Assembly: GCA_048940645.1 (NCBI GenBank)
Contig: JBHLOI010000007.1
Location: 1-64,000 of the forward strand
Origin: Promethearchaeota archaeon
Lineage (GTDB): Archaea; Asgardarchaeota; Lokiarchaeia; Sigyniarchaeales; SOKP01
Length of the DNA: 64,000 nucleotides
Direction: 5' to 3'
The notes beneath the pieces were generated by a model that saw nothing but the letters and a program-made list of their open reading frames with translations, made no database searches and was not told the origin of the DNA. Below are positions 1 to 8,388 of this stretch, piece after piece (the stretch's first letter is position 1; every line of letters begins with the position of its first letter). The position numbers were made by a program, and so were the translations under genes.

Positions 1-691
1 TCGTACAGAAATCGACTCCGGGGGGTACTTTAGCTCCACAATTAGTGCAAAAATCAGTTCCATCTAACGTAGGTTCAACTTCTGTTTTTACTTCTTTTTT
101 CTTAACTTTTGCTTTTCCTCCTGCAGGTTTATATTTTAAGCTTCCAATAAATGCTCCAAATACAGCACCAACCAAACTTCCTTCCAGGACTGCTGTAAAA
201 ACTGCTAACAGATACGGTAGATCAGTTAAGCCCTGAGAAAGACCATCTATTATTGCAGAAGCAAAACCAGGAGGTAATAATGCACCAAATATCAAGGGTA
301 AAATAAAGTAGAAGGCAAACCCTACTATGATATAACCGATACCGATTGCTAAACTTGTATGAATTCCTCCTCTAGGAGAATGCGCAGAAATCGCACTGGT
401 AATCGTACAAGTCAAAACCCATGGTAAAATGACTGATATTATTAAAAGGACATCATCTGGACGATAGGTTAAGCACCAGTGAATCGGAAATAATAAAATC
501 ATTACTAATCCTGCAAGGAACGATAAAAATCCTCCTCCTGCTCCTAATGAAGCGAGTGCCAAATTTAAATCGTCGACCAATCCCCCAGTTATACTATTAG
601 TTAAATCTAAAAGTCTAAAGGAGATCCAAGATAAAGGAACTAAAAAAAGCATTCCAACGATCCCACTCCAAATAACACGTTTAATACCGAT
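1..691 (-). CDS. Multi-pass membrane protein with C-terminal zinc ribbon (runs off window start; probable ATC start)
   Basis: Not in ORF track. Open frame from 691 to the window edge: (M)GIKRVIWSGIVGMLFLVPLSW...hydrophobic helices...DFCTNCGAKVPPGVDFCT. SD-like GGAGTTGA lies 6 nt before ATC(691); the first ATG (652) lies inside the first hydrophobic helix. Confidence 0.8.
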   Translation of the reverse strand, partial: MGIKRVIWSGIVGMLFLVPLSWISFRLLDLTNSITGGLVDDLNLALASLGAGGGFLSFLAGLVMILLFPIHWCLTYRPDDVLLIISVILPWVLTCTITSAISAHSPRGGIHTSLAIGIGYIIVGFAFYFILPLIFGALLPPGFASAIIDGLSQGLTDLPYLLAVFTAVLEGSLVGAVFGAFIGSLKYKPAGGKAKVKKKEVKTEVEPTLDGTDFCTNCGAKVPPGVDFCT

Positions 692-945
692 TGTAACTCA
701 ACTCCTTAAGATAAAGAATTTTTATTTTGAATCCCATGAGAATTTCCTCAATAAATAGTCATGTTGAAAACATTTGATATTTACTTACTAAATCAAACAC
801 GATTGTTATATTTATAATTTTGTTTTAGTCCAATCTTTATATGTTGATATTTTGAGTTAAAATTGAAATTTATGAAATAGATAATTTTAATAAGTTAAAA
901 AAGAGAAAAATTTGAAAATAATCTAAATTTTGAATCTGTTAGATT

Positions 946-1638
946 CTATTGAACCTTAATTATTGCGCCTTTCTCCATTTGTATTACTTTATCTGCGTAT
1001 GAGTTTAATGATGCGCGATGTGTAACCACTATTACTGTTGTCTCCATATCTTTGTTAATCTGCTTCAGTAAATCCATAACTTGCTTTTCCGACTCTGGAT
1101 CTAGATTACCTGTTGGTTCATCTGCAAGTATGACTCTTGGGCGGTGTACAATAGCTCGAGCAAGTCCGCATCTTTGCTTTTCACCACCTGATAATTGAAC
1201 GGGGTAATGATCCTTCCTTTCGAGTAAATGTACATCTCTAAGAGCAGTTATGGCACGGTTTTCAATTTCTTTTTCACGTAAAACAGTAGGCCATAAAAGC
1301 GCCATAACATTTTCTACAGCGGTTAATGTAGGTACAAGATTGAAATCTTGAAAAACAAAACCAATCTTTTGTCTTCTTATTTTACTAAGTCTGTCTTCGG
1401 TTGCGCGTGCAATATTTTCACCATCAAAAATAATTCTTCCACTATCGGGGAGATCTAAACCTGAAAGAACGTTTAAAAGTGTAGATTTTCCACATCCAGT
1501 TGGACCTTGCACAATTACAAACTCTCCTGATTTAATTGTCAAATTGACATCTGCCAGTGCTCGAATAATAGCACCTGCTCTACGATATTCTTTATTTACA
1601 TCAATAGCCTCAATCATGGTATCTTTATCTACTGGAAT
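946..1638 (-). CDS. ABC transporter ATP-binding protein (LolD/MacB-type); ATG at 1617, possible ATT start at 1638
   Basis: Walker A GPTGCGKS, signature LSGGEKQR, Walker B ILADEPTGNLD, H-loop VTH. Confidence 0.92.
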   Translation of the reverse strand: MPVDKDTMIEAIDVNKEYRRAGAIIRALADVNLTIKSGEFVIVQGPTGCGKSTLLNVLSGLDLPDSGRIIFDGENIARATEDRLSKIRRQKIGFVFQDFNLVPTLTAVENVMALLWPTVLREKEIENRAITALRDVHLLERKDHYPVQLSGGEKQRCGLARAIVHRPRVILADEPTGNLDPESEKQVMDLLKQINKDMETTVIVVTHRASLNSYADKVIQMEKGAIIKVQ

Positions 1639-1652
1639 TTTTTATCACCTCA

Positions 1653-2216
1653 TTATTCACCTACTCTTTTTAATGCGATTATAGGTCTAACTTTCAATAT
1701 CTTCCTATTAGCTAATAATATCGCAATAATTTGGAATGATAAGAATATAACAAATGTGACTACAACTGGTAGTAAACTGACCAAAGGTAATTCTGCTATA
1801 TCATATGTACTTCCATTTAACGCTGCTGCTGCTGCTTCTAAATATCCTACAATAGCGGCATAATGAAATAAAACTTCAATAACTAAGATAAAACCTAAAA
1901 TTGTGGTAAATAAAATAAATCCTGAAACAAGAGAATTTATATCTCCATTCGTCCAACCTATGCACTTAAGGGTAGCTATTATCTTTGAGTTTCTTCTCAC
2001 TATTATCCACGCATAGAGGAGGGATAAGAATATTCCCACTCCTAAAGCTATAAAAAAGGATGCTGAAGCCATCCCTAAGCCACCACTTTCAATTATTAAT
2101 TCAATTGAAAAACTTGTCCAAAAGATTAAAATAGTGTACATCAGACAAAATACGGTAAATTGCCTTTTTTCTCGTAAAACCATTACAACTGCTTTTTTAA
2201 ACAATCTGAATGCCAA
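1653..2216 (-). CDS. FtsX-like ABC permease subunit
   Basis: Four hydrophobic segments, IATLKCIGW motif typical of FtsX-family permeases, directly upstream of the ATPase. Confidence 0.75.
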   Translation of the reverse strand: MAFRLFKKAVVMVLREKRQFTVFCLMYTILIFWTSFSIELIIESGGLGMASASFFIALGVGIFLSLLYAWIIVRRNSKIIATLKCIGWTNGDINSLVSGFILFTTILGFILVIEVLFHYAAIVGYLEAAAAALNGSTYDIAELPLVSLLPVVVTFVIFLSFQIIAILLANRKILKVRPIIALKRVGE

Positions 2217-2304
2217 TTAATTCACCGATTTATAAAAATTAATTTTTTATATGAATTGTTTGTATAGTTATATAATAAAATTATAATTAAAAGTTTAGTG
2301 AAAA

Positions 2305-2709
2305 ATGTCATCTGAAATAGAATCGATTATAGACGATTTATTAAATGAAGAACAGAACGTTTTTGGGGTAGCAGTTGTTGGTAAATTAGGAAATTTAATC
2401 ACTCAGACTCAAAATTGGGATATAACTCAAGATCTTGGCAAAATAAATGAATTACTTCAAACTAAATTAGAATTGGGTCAAAAGGGTATGACAAGTATCT
2501 CAATACAAGGTATTAAATATATGATTGTCGAAAATACTGAAGAACGTAAAATTGGTACTAATATCAAGGGTCAGGGGCATATAATTATTGCACCTATTCC
2601 TATAGGTGGCACCGGAGCATTAATTTGTTATATAAATCCCCAAATTACGCCTAGAGATGCTCTTTTCTCTATTCAGAGCTTTGCTCTAAAACTTCAAGAT
2701 TTAGTTTAA
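2305..2709 (+). CDS. Asgard (Loki-type) profilin
   Basis: 134 aa; ITQTQNW, SIQGIKYMIVENTEERKIGTNI, PIPIGGTGAL closely match my recollection of Lokiarchaeum profilin-1. Confidence 0.9.
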   Translation: MSSEIESIIDDLLNEEQNVFGVAVVGKLGNLITQTQNWDITQDLGKINELLQTKLELGQKGMTSISIQGIKYMIVENTEERKIGTNIKGQGHIIIAPIPIGGTGALICYINPQITPRDALFSIQSFALKLQDLV

Positions 2710-2742
2710 ATTTTTAAAATTTTTTCTAATAAGAAAAAAGTC

Positions 2743-3852
2743 TTATCTTTTTAGGCAATTCCAAAATGGGCTCAGTTGCAATTTCAATGCTTCAATAATT
2801 CTACTAAATTGTTCACTATTTACTCCATTCGATAATACATTTTGTTCAAATTCAGGAGCTTCAAAATCTTTATCCAAAAGCGCTGACAATACCGCATAGG
2901 CACAGAATTGTAAACCTATTATACTATAACCTCCTTCCAATATGAAAGATATTTTTCCATCACAAATTTCTTCTGCTACATTCATAAGATTCTTTGTGAA
3001 ATTATAGTATCCAGTAGTAGTTAAGCAACAATTTCCTATAGGGTCAGCAAAATACATATCAAATCCAGTGGCAACTATAATTAAATCTGGATTATATTCT
3101 TTCAAAATAGGAATAAGAAAGCCTAAAATTTCCAAAAATTGATCATCATTCAAATTTTCAGGAATAGGAAAGTTAATATTTTTACCCAATCCTTTTCCAT
3201 TACCAACTTCATCTAAAAATCCTAAATCTGCTTGAGAAAAATCAAATTCATGGATTGAAAAATAAAGAACTGTGGGGTCATCATAAAAGTATTGGGCTAA
3301 ACCGTCCCCAAAATGAATATCAATGTCAATAATAGCTATTTTTCTATCATAATTCAATCTTTTTCTTAAATATAGAATTGAAGTTGCAATGTTATTAAAA
3401 ATGCATAACCCAGATGCTTTTTCTCTGAATGCATGATGTCCTGGTGGTCTTATGAAAGCAAATGAATAATTAACTTGTTGATTAATAACACTCTTAAGTG
3501 CTTGGATAGCTCCACCTACTGCTTTTTTGGCTAATGCAAAGGTATCATCACAGACAAAAACATCTTCATCTAATAAACCACCACCCATATTTGAAATTTT
3601 TTTTATGGAATTAATATGGTATTGTGAGTGTGCTAAAAGAAGGATATCTTCATCAGTAGATTCTGCTACTAGCTTGGTGATACGATTATCCTCAAAAATT
3701 TTCTTTTTAGTTAAATATTCAATTATAAATTTAATTCTTAATGGACTTTCAAAGGATATAAATGCAGGTTTTGGATAGGGTGGTATATGGTTTAACGCGA
3801 AATCATTATGAACGACAATCCCTAATTTGTTATTCATCTTCATAATATTCAA
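2743..3852 (-). CDS. Histone deacetylase family (Zn-dependent HDAC/AcuC/APAH) protein
   Basis: RPPGHHA, GLCIFNN, IDIDIHFGDG, SIHE, GFD, LEGGY motifs. Confidence 0.92.
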   Translation of the reverse strand: MNIMKMNNKLGIVVHNDFALNHIPPYPKPAFISFESPLRIKFIIEYLTKKKIFEDNRITKLVAESTDEDILLLAHSQYHINSIKKISNMGGGLLDEDVFVCDDTFALAKKAVGGAIQALKSVINQQVNYSFAFIRPPGHHAFREKASGLCIFNNIATSILYLRKRLNYDRKIAIIDIDIHFGDGLAQYFYDDPTVLYFSIHEFDFSQADLGFLDEVGNGKGLGKNINFPIPENLNDDQFLEILGFLIPILKEYNPDLIIVATGFDMYFADPIGNCCLTTTGYYNFTKNLMNVAEEICDGKISFILEGGYSIIGLQFCAYAVLSALLDKDFEAPEFEQNVLSNGVNSEQFSRIIEALKLQLSPFWNCLKR

Positions 3853-3950
3853 TCTTAGATTTTCAAAAATACCTAAAATAATATATGAAAAATTGCTTAA
3901 ATTAATTTAAAAATAACTTAATTTTAATTAAAAAAACTAGAGTATTTAAG

Positions 3951-6191
3951 ATGAGTGCCATTGAAATAGTTCTTACAATTTTATTGAATATCATTCCTAT
4001 CCTTGTAATATCTATCCCTTACTTCTTTATAAAAAAAAAGATAATAGGGAAATTATATGGTCGAATTTTGCTTGGAATTATTGTATTCTATATTGTCTAC
4101 TGGGTGTTACCTATAGTCTTTCAATTAGCAACAGCACCAATAGAACTTGAACTCCAATCCGGAGAAGAAGGAAACACTGCTTTAGGAGTAGGTTATATAA
4201 TTTCTCATTTTCTATCATTAATATCATTGTTTGGCTCGTACCCTCTGGTTACATTACCTTTTATATTTCTTGTAGCTCCGTTTATTTCTATTGTTTTGGT
4301 TTGGAATCGTTTAAGAAAAGAGAAATCACCCACAAAGGAATCTTTGGAAGCATTAACTTATCAATTAGCGGAGAGCCCTTATAACCGAATTAGAGATGAG
4401 TTAAAGAAGAGTGATTGGAGCAGAGAAAAAGAAATTTTAAAATTACTCATTGTTTTATTACCGATATCTTTATTTCTTCTACAATTAGTACTTAGTATAA
4501 CAAATCTAGAAACTGTTTCGTTAACTGGTGGCGAGACTGCTCTTGGTTGGTTTCTTGAAATCTTATTTGTATATCTTGCTACTTTTATTTTTAGTATAGA
4601 ACTATTATTTAGTTCACAAATTGCATTAAAAGGAAGATACTTCGGAGAATCTATAAGAACTCAAACATATAAAAGTTTATATACAGTAGGTGCTCCAATC
4701 TCAATCCTATCAATCATTTTATTCATAGTTGATGCGATTCAAAAAGGATCCACAGAATCTATAACGATAATCATTTACTTTTTCGCATATTTTATTATGG
4801 CGTCTGTTATTTTCGTTCTGTTTTTAAAGATTTTTGAGCCGATATCCATACTTATATTTATAAAAATAATTGATTGGTGGAAACATAGGAAACAGAAAAA
4901 AAAAGCTTTTGATACAAAAAATTTCTATTATGGAATCGTATTTGCATGTTTAGCTTTTTTCATATACTTTGTACTAAATTATGTATTATTTAGTCCTGTT
5001 TATGGTTTTATCTTTCCAAATGACCAGATTATACAAGAATCCGCTAAATTTAACGCGCCAGGTCCATACTTTCTGGGAGATTCTCTTGGATTTGATGTTA
5101 TGAATATATTTTCATTTATTGCTTTAGTCATTACATCTCTAGCTCTAGCTGCCTTCTTTTTAGTTTTAGGCCTTAAGTATATGAGAAGTATATTAACAGC
5201 AATCGCCTCTTATCTTCCCGTCTTAATATTTCTTTCAGCTTTATTTGTTAGTTTAGAATTATCTGCTTTAATTTATTTGGGTCCAGACACGTATTGGATA
5301 ACTGGACAAACTAGTTATACAACAATATTTGGCTTTAATTTTTATACCTTAAGAACTGCAGGCTTAGAGGCAGATTTACGTGGGGTTCTAGGAATTTTAG
5401 CGATTCCATATACATATACGCGATATATCTTTAATATTATCATTTGGGGTCTAATTATACATTATCTACGGAAAGAATTCAAAACTAAAAACTTAAAAGT
5501 TGATGAGAAACATTTGGAGAAACTCATATTTTCTTCAATTACTGATTTCATCACAATAGATGACTATAAGAAAGGAGATATTCAATATTTAATAAGTAAA
5601 AGTGAAAAGGTAGCTCCGGATGTCGTTACGTCAGAAAGGGAGGAAGTACAGACTTTACTCAATTCTCTTGAACATGATCGGCTTCTTAAGGAACTTATTC
5701 CATTTGAAGAAAAAGAAAAACAAAGGTTTTATTTTACACTTAAGTATCTTTTTAACAATGATTTTATTGATATTTTAAAACCTGAATTTAGTTATATATT
5801 TGAAAGAGTTGAAAAACAAGGATTATATATAATTTACGATGATGGAAGAGGTATCTTTGATTATACTTTTGTAAGAGAAGTTGTTCACGACCCAGGCTTA
5901 GTTTCAGGTATGGTTTCAGCAATTACCTCGTTCATTAAAGAGACCACTAAATCCCAAGATTTACTTAAAACAATTGACCATGGAGACATTACCATAATGC
6001 TTGAATATGGTAAACGAATATTTGGAGCATTATTTATTAAAGGGAAACAAACTTCTGAAATAAGAGCAAAATTGAAAGAATTCGTTGAAAAATTTGAATC
6101 CAAGTATAGAACCGTTCTAGAAGACTGGAGTGGAGCGCTAGTCCATTTCAAAGAAGACCATTTAATGGTCGAAAAAATCTTTCAAGAATAA
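3951..6191 (+). CDS. Polytopic membrane protein with C-terminal longin-like domain
   Basis: About 12-14 hydrophobic segments, then a soluble tail GLYIIYDDGRGIF...DPGLVSGMVSAITSFIKET...IDHGDITIMLEYGKRIFGALF...LKEFVEKFE, a typical Asgard longin pattern. Confidence 0.72.
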   Translation: MSAIEIVLTILLNIIPILVISIPYFFIKKKIIGKLYGRILLGIIVFYIVYWVLPIVFQLATAPIELELQSGEEGNTALGVGYIISHFLSLISLFGSYPLVTLPFIFLVAPFISIVLVWNRLRKEKSPTKESLEALTYQLAESPYNRIRDELKKSDWSREKEILKLLIVLLPISLFLLQLVLSITNLETVSLTGGETALGWFLEILFVYLATFIFSIELLFSSQIALKGRYFGESIRTQTYKSLYTVGAPISILSIILFIVDAIQKGSTESITIIIYFFAYFIMASVIFVLFLKIFEPISILIFIKIIDWWKHRKQKKKAFDTKNFYYGIVFACLAFFIYFVLNYVLFSPVYGFIFPNDQIIQESAKFNAPGPYFLGDSLGFDVMNIFSFIALVITSLALAAFFLVLGLKYMRSILTAIASYLPVLIFLSALFVSLELSALIYLGPDTYWITGQTSYTTIFGFNFYTLRTAGLEADLRGVLGILAIPYTYTRYIFNIIIWGLIIHYLRKEFKTKNLKVDEKHLEKLIFSSITDFITIDDYKKGDIQYLISKSEKVAPDVVTSEREEVQTLLNSLEHDRLLKELIPFEEKEKQRFYFTLKYLFNNDFIDILKPEFSYIFERVEKQGLYIIYDDGRGIFDYTFVREVVHDPGLVSGMVSAITSFIKETTKSQDLLKTIDHGDITIMLEYGKRIFGALFIKGKQTSEIRAKLKEFVEKFESKYRTVLEDWSGALVHFKEDHLMVEKIFQE

Positions 6192-6220
6192 TAAAAAAAT
6201 ATATTTTTATTTTTCTTATT

Positions 6221-7024
6221 TTATTCTGGTACTGTTGCCACTGCTCGAACCCAAGCAGCACTTGCTCTGGCAATTTTTACTGGAAAGCAATAAATCGTCG
6301 CACCAACAGCAGGAACTTTATCTAAATTCCATAATTTCTCCATTTGAAAGTACCCTAATTCCCTTCCAGCAAAATGGCCTTCCCATATAATTGACGGATT
6401 TGGATCTTTTGCTTTCACTGAAGCCTTCCATCTTTGAGCAGTATAAATGAAGGGAGCATCCCACGTCCAAGAATCTGTCCCAACCACATGGACACCCTGC
6501 CTAATTACATGAAGCGTTGCTTCTCTTCCCACTCCAACACCATGCTGATAATAATCATTAGTGCCAGCAAAATTAGGCGCCGTAGTATGAATGCATAAAA
6601 TATCACCTTCCTTTAATTTATGACCGATTTCTTCTAAATTTTTGTCAATGTCATCAGGTTTCATTATATACCCTTCTTCTAAATCAGTAACATCTAACAC
6701 TATTAAGGGACCAATACCCCACTCTAATGGAAATTCATCAATTGTCATTGCTTTTTTTTCCCCAATTTCCTTATCCTGAGTCGGCGCATAATGCCAAGGT
6801 GCATCCATATGTGTTCCACTATGCGTGGATAGAGTAATATCTTCAGCTGCCCAAGCTCCACCGTCAGGAAGATATTTTTGAGGTTTCAATCTAGGATATA
6901 ATATTCCTATTTCCAAACCCCCCCTTTTATGATCCTTATACGTAATATGTGGAGCGTAAGGAGCAGGATCATATATTGCTTCGTCATAATCCATAATCGG
7001 AATTGATAAATCTATAAATTTCAT
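6221..7024 (-). CDS. Cyclase family (kynurenine formamidase-like) metal hydrolase
   Basis: HSGTHMDAPWH motif; VGTD; MEKL..LDKV; C-terminal VRAVA. Confidence 0.88.
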   Translation of the reverse strand: MKFIDLSIPIMDYDEAIYDPAPYAPHITYKDHKRGGLEIGILYPRLKPQKYLPDGGAWAAEDITLSTHSGTHMDAPWHYAPTQDKEIGEKKAMTIDEFPLEWGIGPLIVLDVTDLEEGYIMKPDDIDKNLEEIGHKLKEGDILCIHTTAPNFAGTNDYYQHGVGVGREATLHVIRQGVHVVGTDSWTWDAPFIYTAQRWKASVKAKDPNPSIIWEGHFAGRELGYFQMEKLWNLDKVPAVGATIYCFPVKIARASAAWVRAVATVPE

Positions 7025-7217
7025 GTTATCTTCTCAAAATTTCCTTTAAATCTTATTTTTAAAGTTAAACGCTTAATAGAATAAATACAAATAAAATTAA
7101 AAAAAATTTGAAAAAAAGAATTTTAAAAAAGAATAAAAGAAAGATAACAGAGTGATTAATAACCACTTAGAGTGATAATCTTGAGTTTCATTTAAGGAGC
7201 ATAAAAAATAAAAATTT

Positions 7218-7279
7218 CCATTGAATATTTTTAAAATAGATAGCAAAAATCTTAAAATATGTAAGCCTTAGGAGTTGAC
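7218..7279. repeat. 62-bp direct repeat, copy 1
   Basis: ccattgaatatttttaaaatagatagcaaaaatcttaaaatatgtaagccttaggagttgac; 60/62 identical to 8192-8253. Confidence 0.95.
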
Positions 7280-7300
7280 ACATTTATTTTACTTAGTCTA

Positions 7301-7840
7301 TTGATATGTATGATAATTTGGTGGATATACAAGGCGAAAGTAAAACCACATAAAATAAAGTTATTTTTCGTATATCTAATTTTTGCTCTAGTTACTTTTG
7401 GAATCTCTTTTATATCTTCTAGTCTTTTGTGGATTACTGTTTATATAGAAACTGAAGGGGGATACCCCTCTTTTCTAGTAAAAAGATACTTTTTACTTTT
7501 ATCTTTCCCTCTAGAATTAAGCGTTCATCTTCCAACTTTTATTACGAATCCCCCCATATGGACATTGAATATTTTCGGAATTGAAGTAATGAATATTACT
7601 GGGCAATTTACCCACTATAACTTGTTTACAGAAACACGATTTGTGGTTGACTCAATAACATTAATGTTTACATGGGTAATATTTTCGATCAATCTAGGTT
7701 TTGTATTAACTTGGATTATGATATTATACGCAATTGACAAGAAGAGAATAAAAAAACATAAGAAGAAGTTCGCATTATTTCATGAATATGTGAAAAGTAA
7801 AAAAAGAAAGACGCTAATTCGGAGGATTTTCCGGTTTTAA
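7301..7840 (+). CDS. Hypothetical membrane protein (start uncertain; in-frame ATT at 7286)
   Basis: ORF track; 2-3 hydrophobic segments and a basic C-terminus. Confidence 0.55.
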   Translation: MICMIIWWIYKAKVKPHKIKLFFVYLIFALVTFGISFISSSLLWITVYIETEGGYPSFLVKRYFLLLSFPLELSVHLPTFITNPPIWTLNIFGIEVMNITGQFTHYNLFTETRFVVDSITLMFTWVIFSINLGFVLTWIMILYAIDKKRIKKHKKKFALFHEYVKSKKRKTLIRRIFRF

Positions 7841-7935
7841 AACAACTAATTATTCAAACTCAAAGATTTAAATGAAAATAAATGAACTAATTAATACTAA
7901 TATGATAAGCTATTTGGTAACAGATAAAAATAATC

Positions 7936-8220
7936 TTAATAGTACATAAGGTTTTTAATTTCTGCTTCTAATAAGTTCAAAATTTTTATCGTCTTATCAT
8001 TCGATCCACTAGCGATATATTTACAATCGGGAGAGATGGAAATTGAATTTACTTCTCTTCTATGCTCTGCGAGTGTTCTGATGATTTCACCAGTTTTTAA
8101 ATCCCATATTATAATTTTTCCATCAAATGAACCACTGATTACATAATTACTATCAGGAGATATAGCTACTGATAAAACCCACCAATTATTCCCATTGAAT
8201 ATTTTTAAAATAGATAGCAA
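7936..8220 (-). pseudogene. Truncated WD40 gene fragment (two repeats), paralogous to the 3' end of 9965..11518
   Basis: GNNWWVLSVAISPDS...HRREVNSISISPDCKYIASGSNDKTIKI matches the last two repeats of the full gene. Its apparent 5' end is formed by the 62-bp repeat. Confidence 0.75.
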
Positions 8221-8253
8221 AAATCTTAAAATATGTAACCTTTAGGAGTTGAC
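8192..8253. repeat. 62-bp direct repeat, copy 2
   Basis: Near-identical to 7218-7279 (2 mismatches). Confidence 0.95.
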
Positions 8254-8388
8254 TTATCTTCACGATGGTGATAGATTATGATCAAAAGCTTTTTTTTATA
8301 AAAACTTTTAAGAATTAGGAGATGTATTTAAAAATTCGATTGTAATCTTGTTTTATTAAAATATTTTACATTATTTATTGAGATTAAC

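Noticed and set aside
45-236. ORF-track 63-aa plus-strand ORF
   Set aside because: Antisense shadow of the real minus-strand membrane/zinc-ribbon gene.
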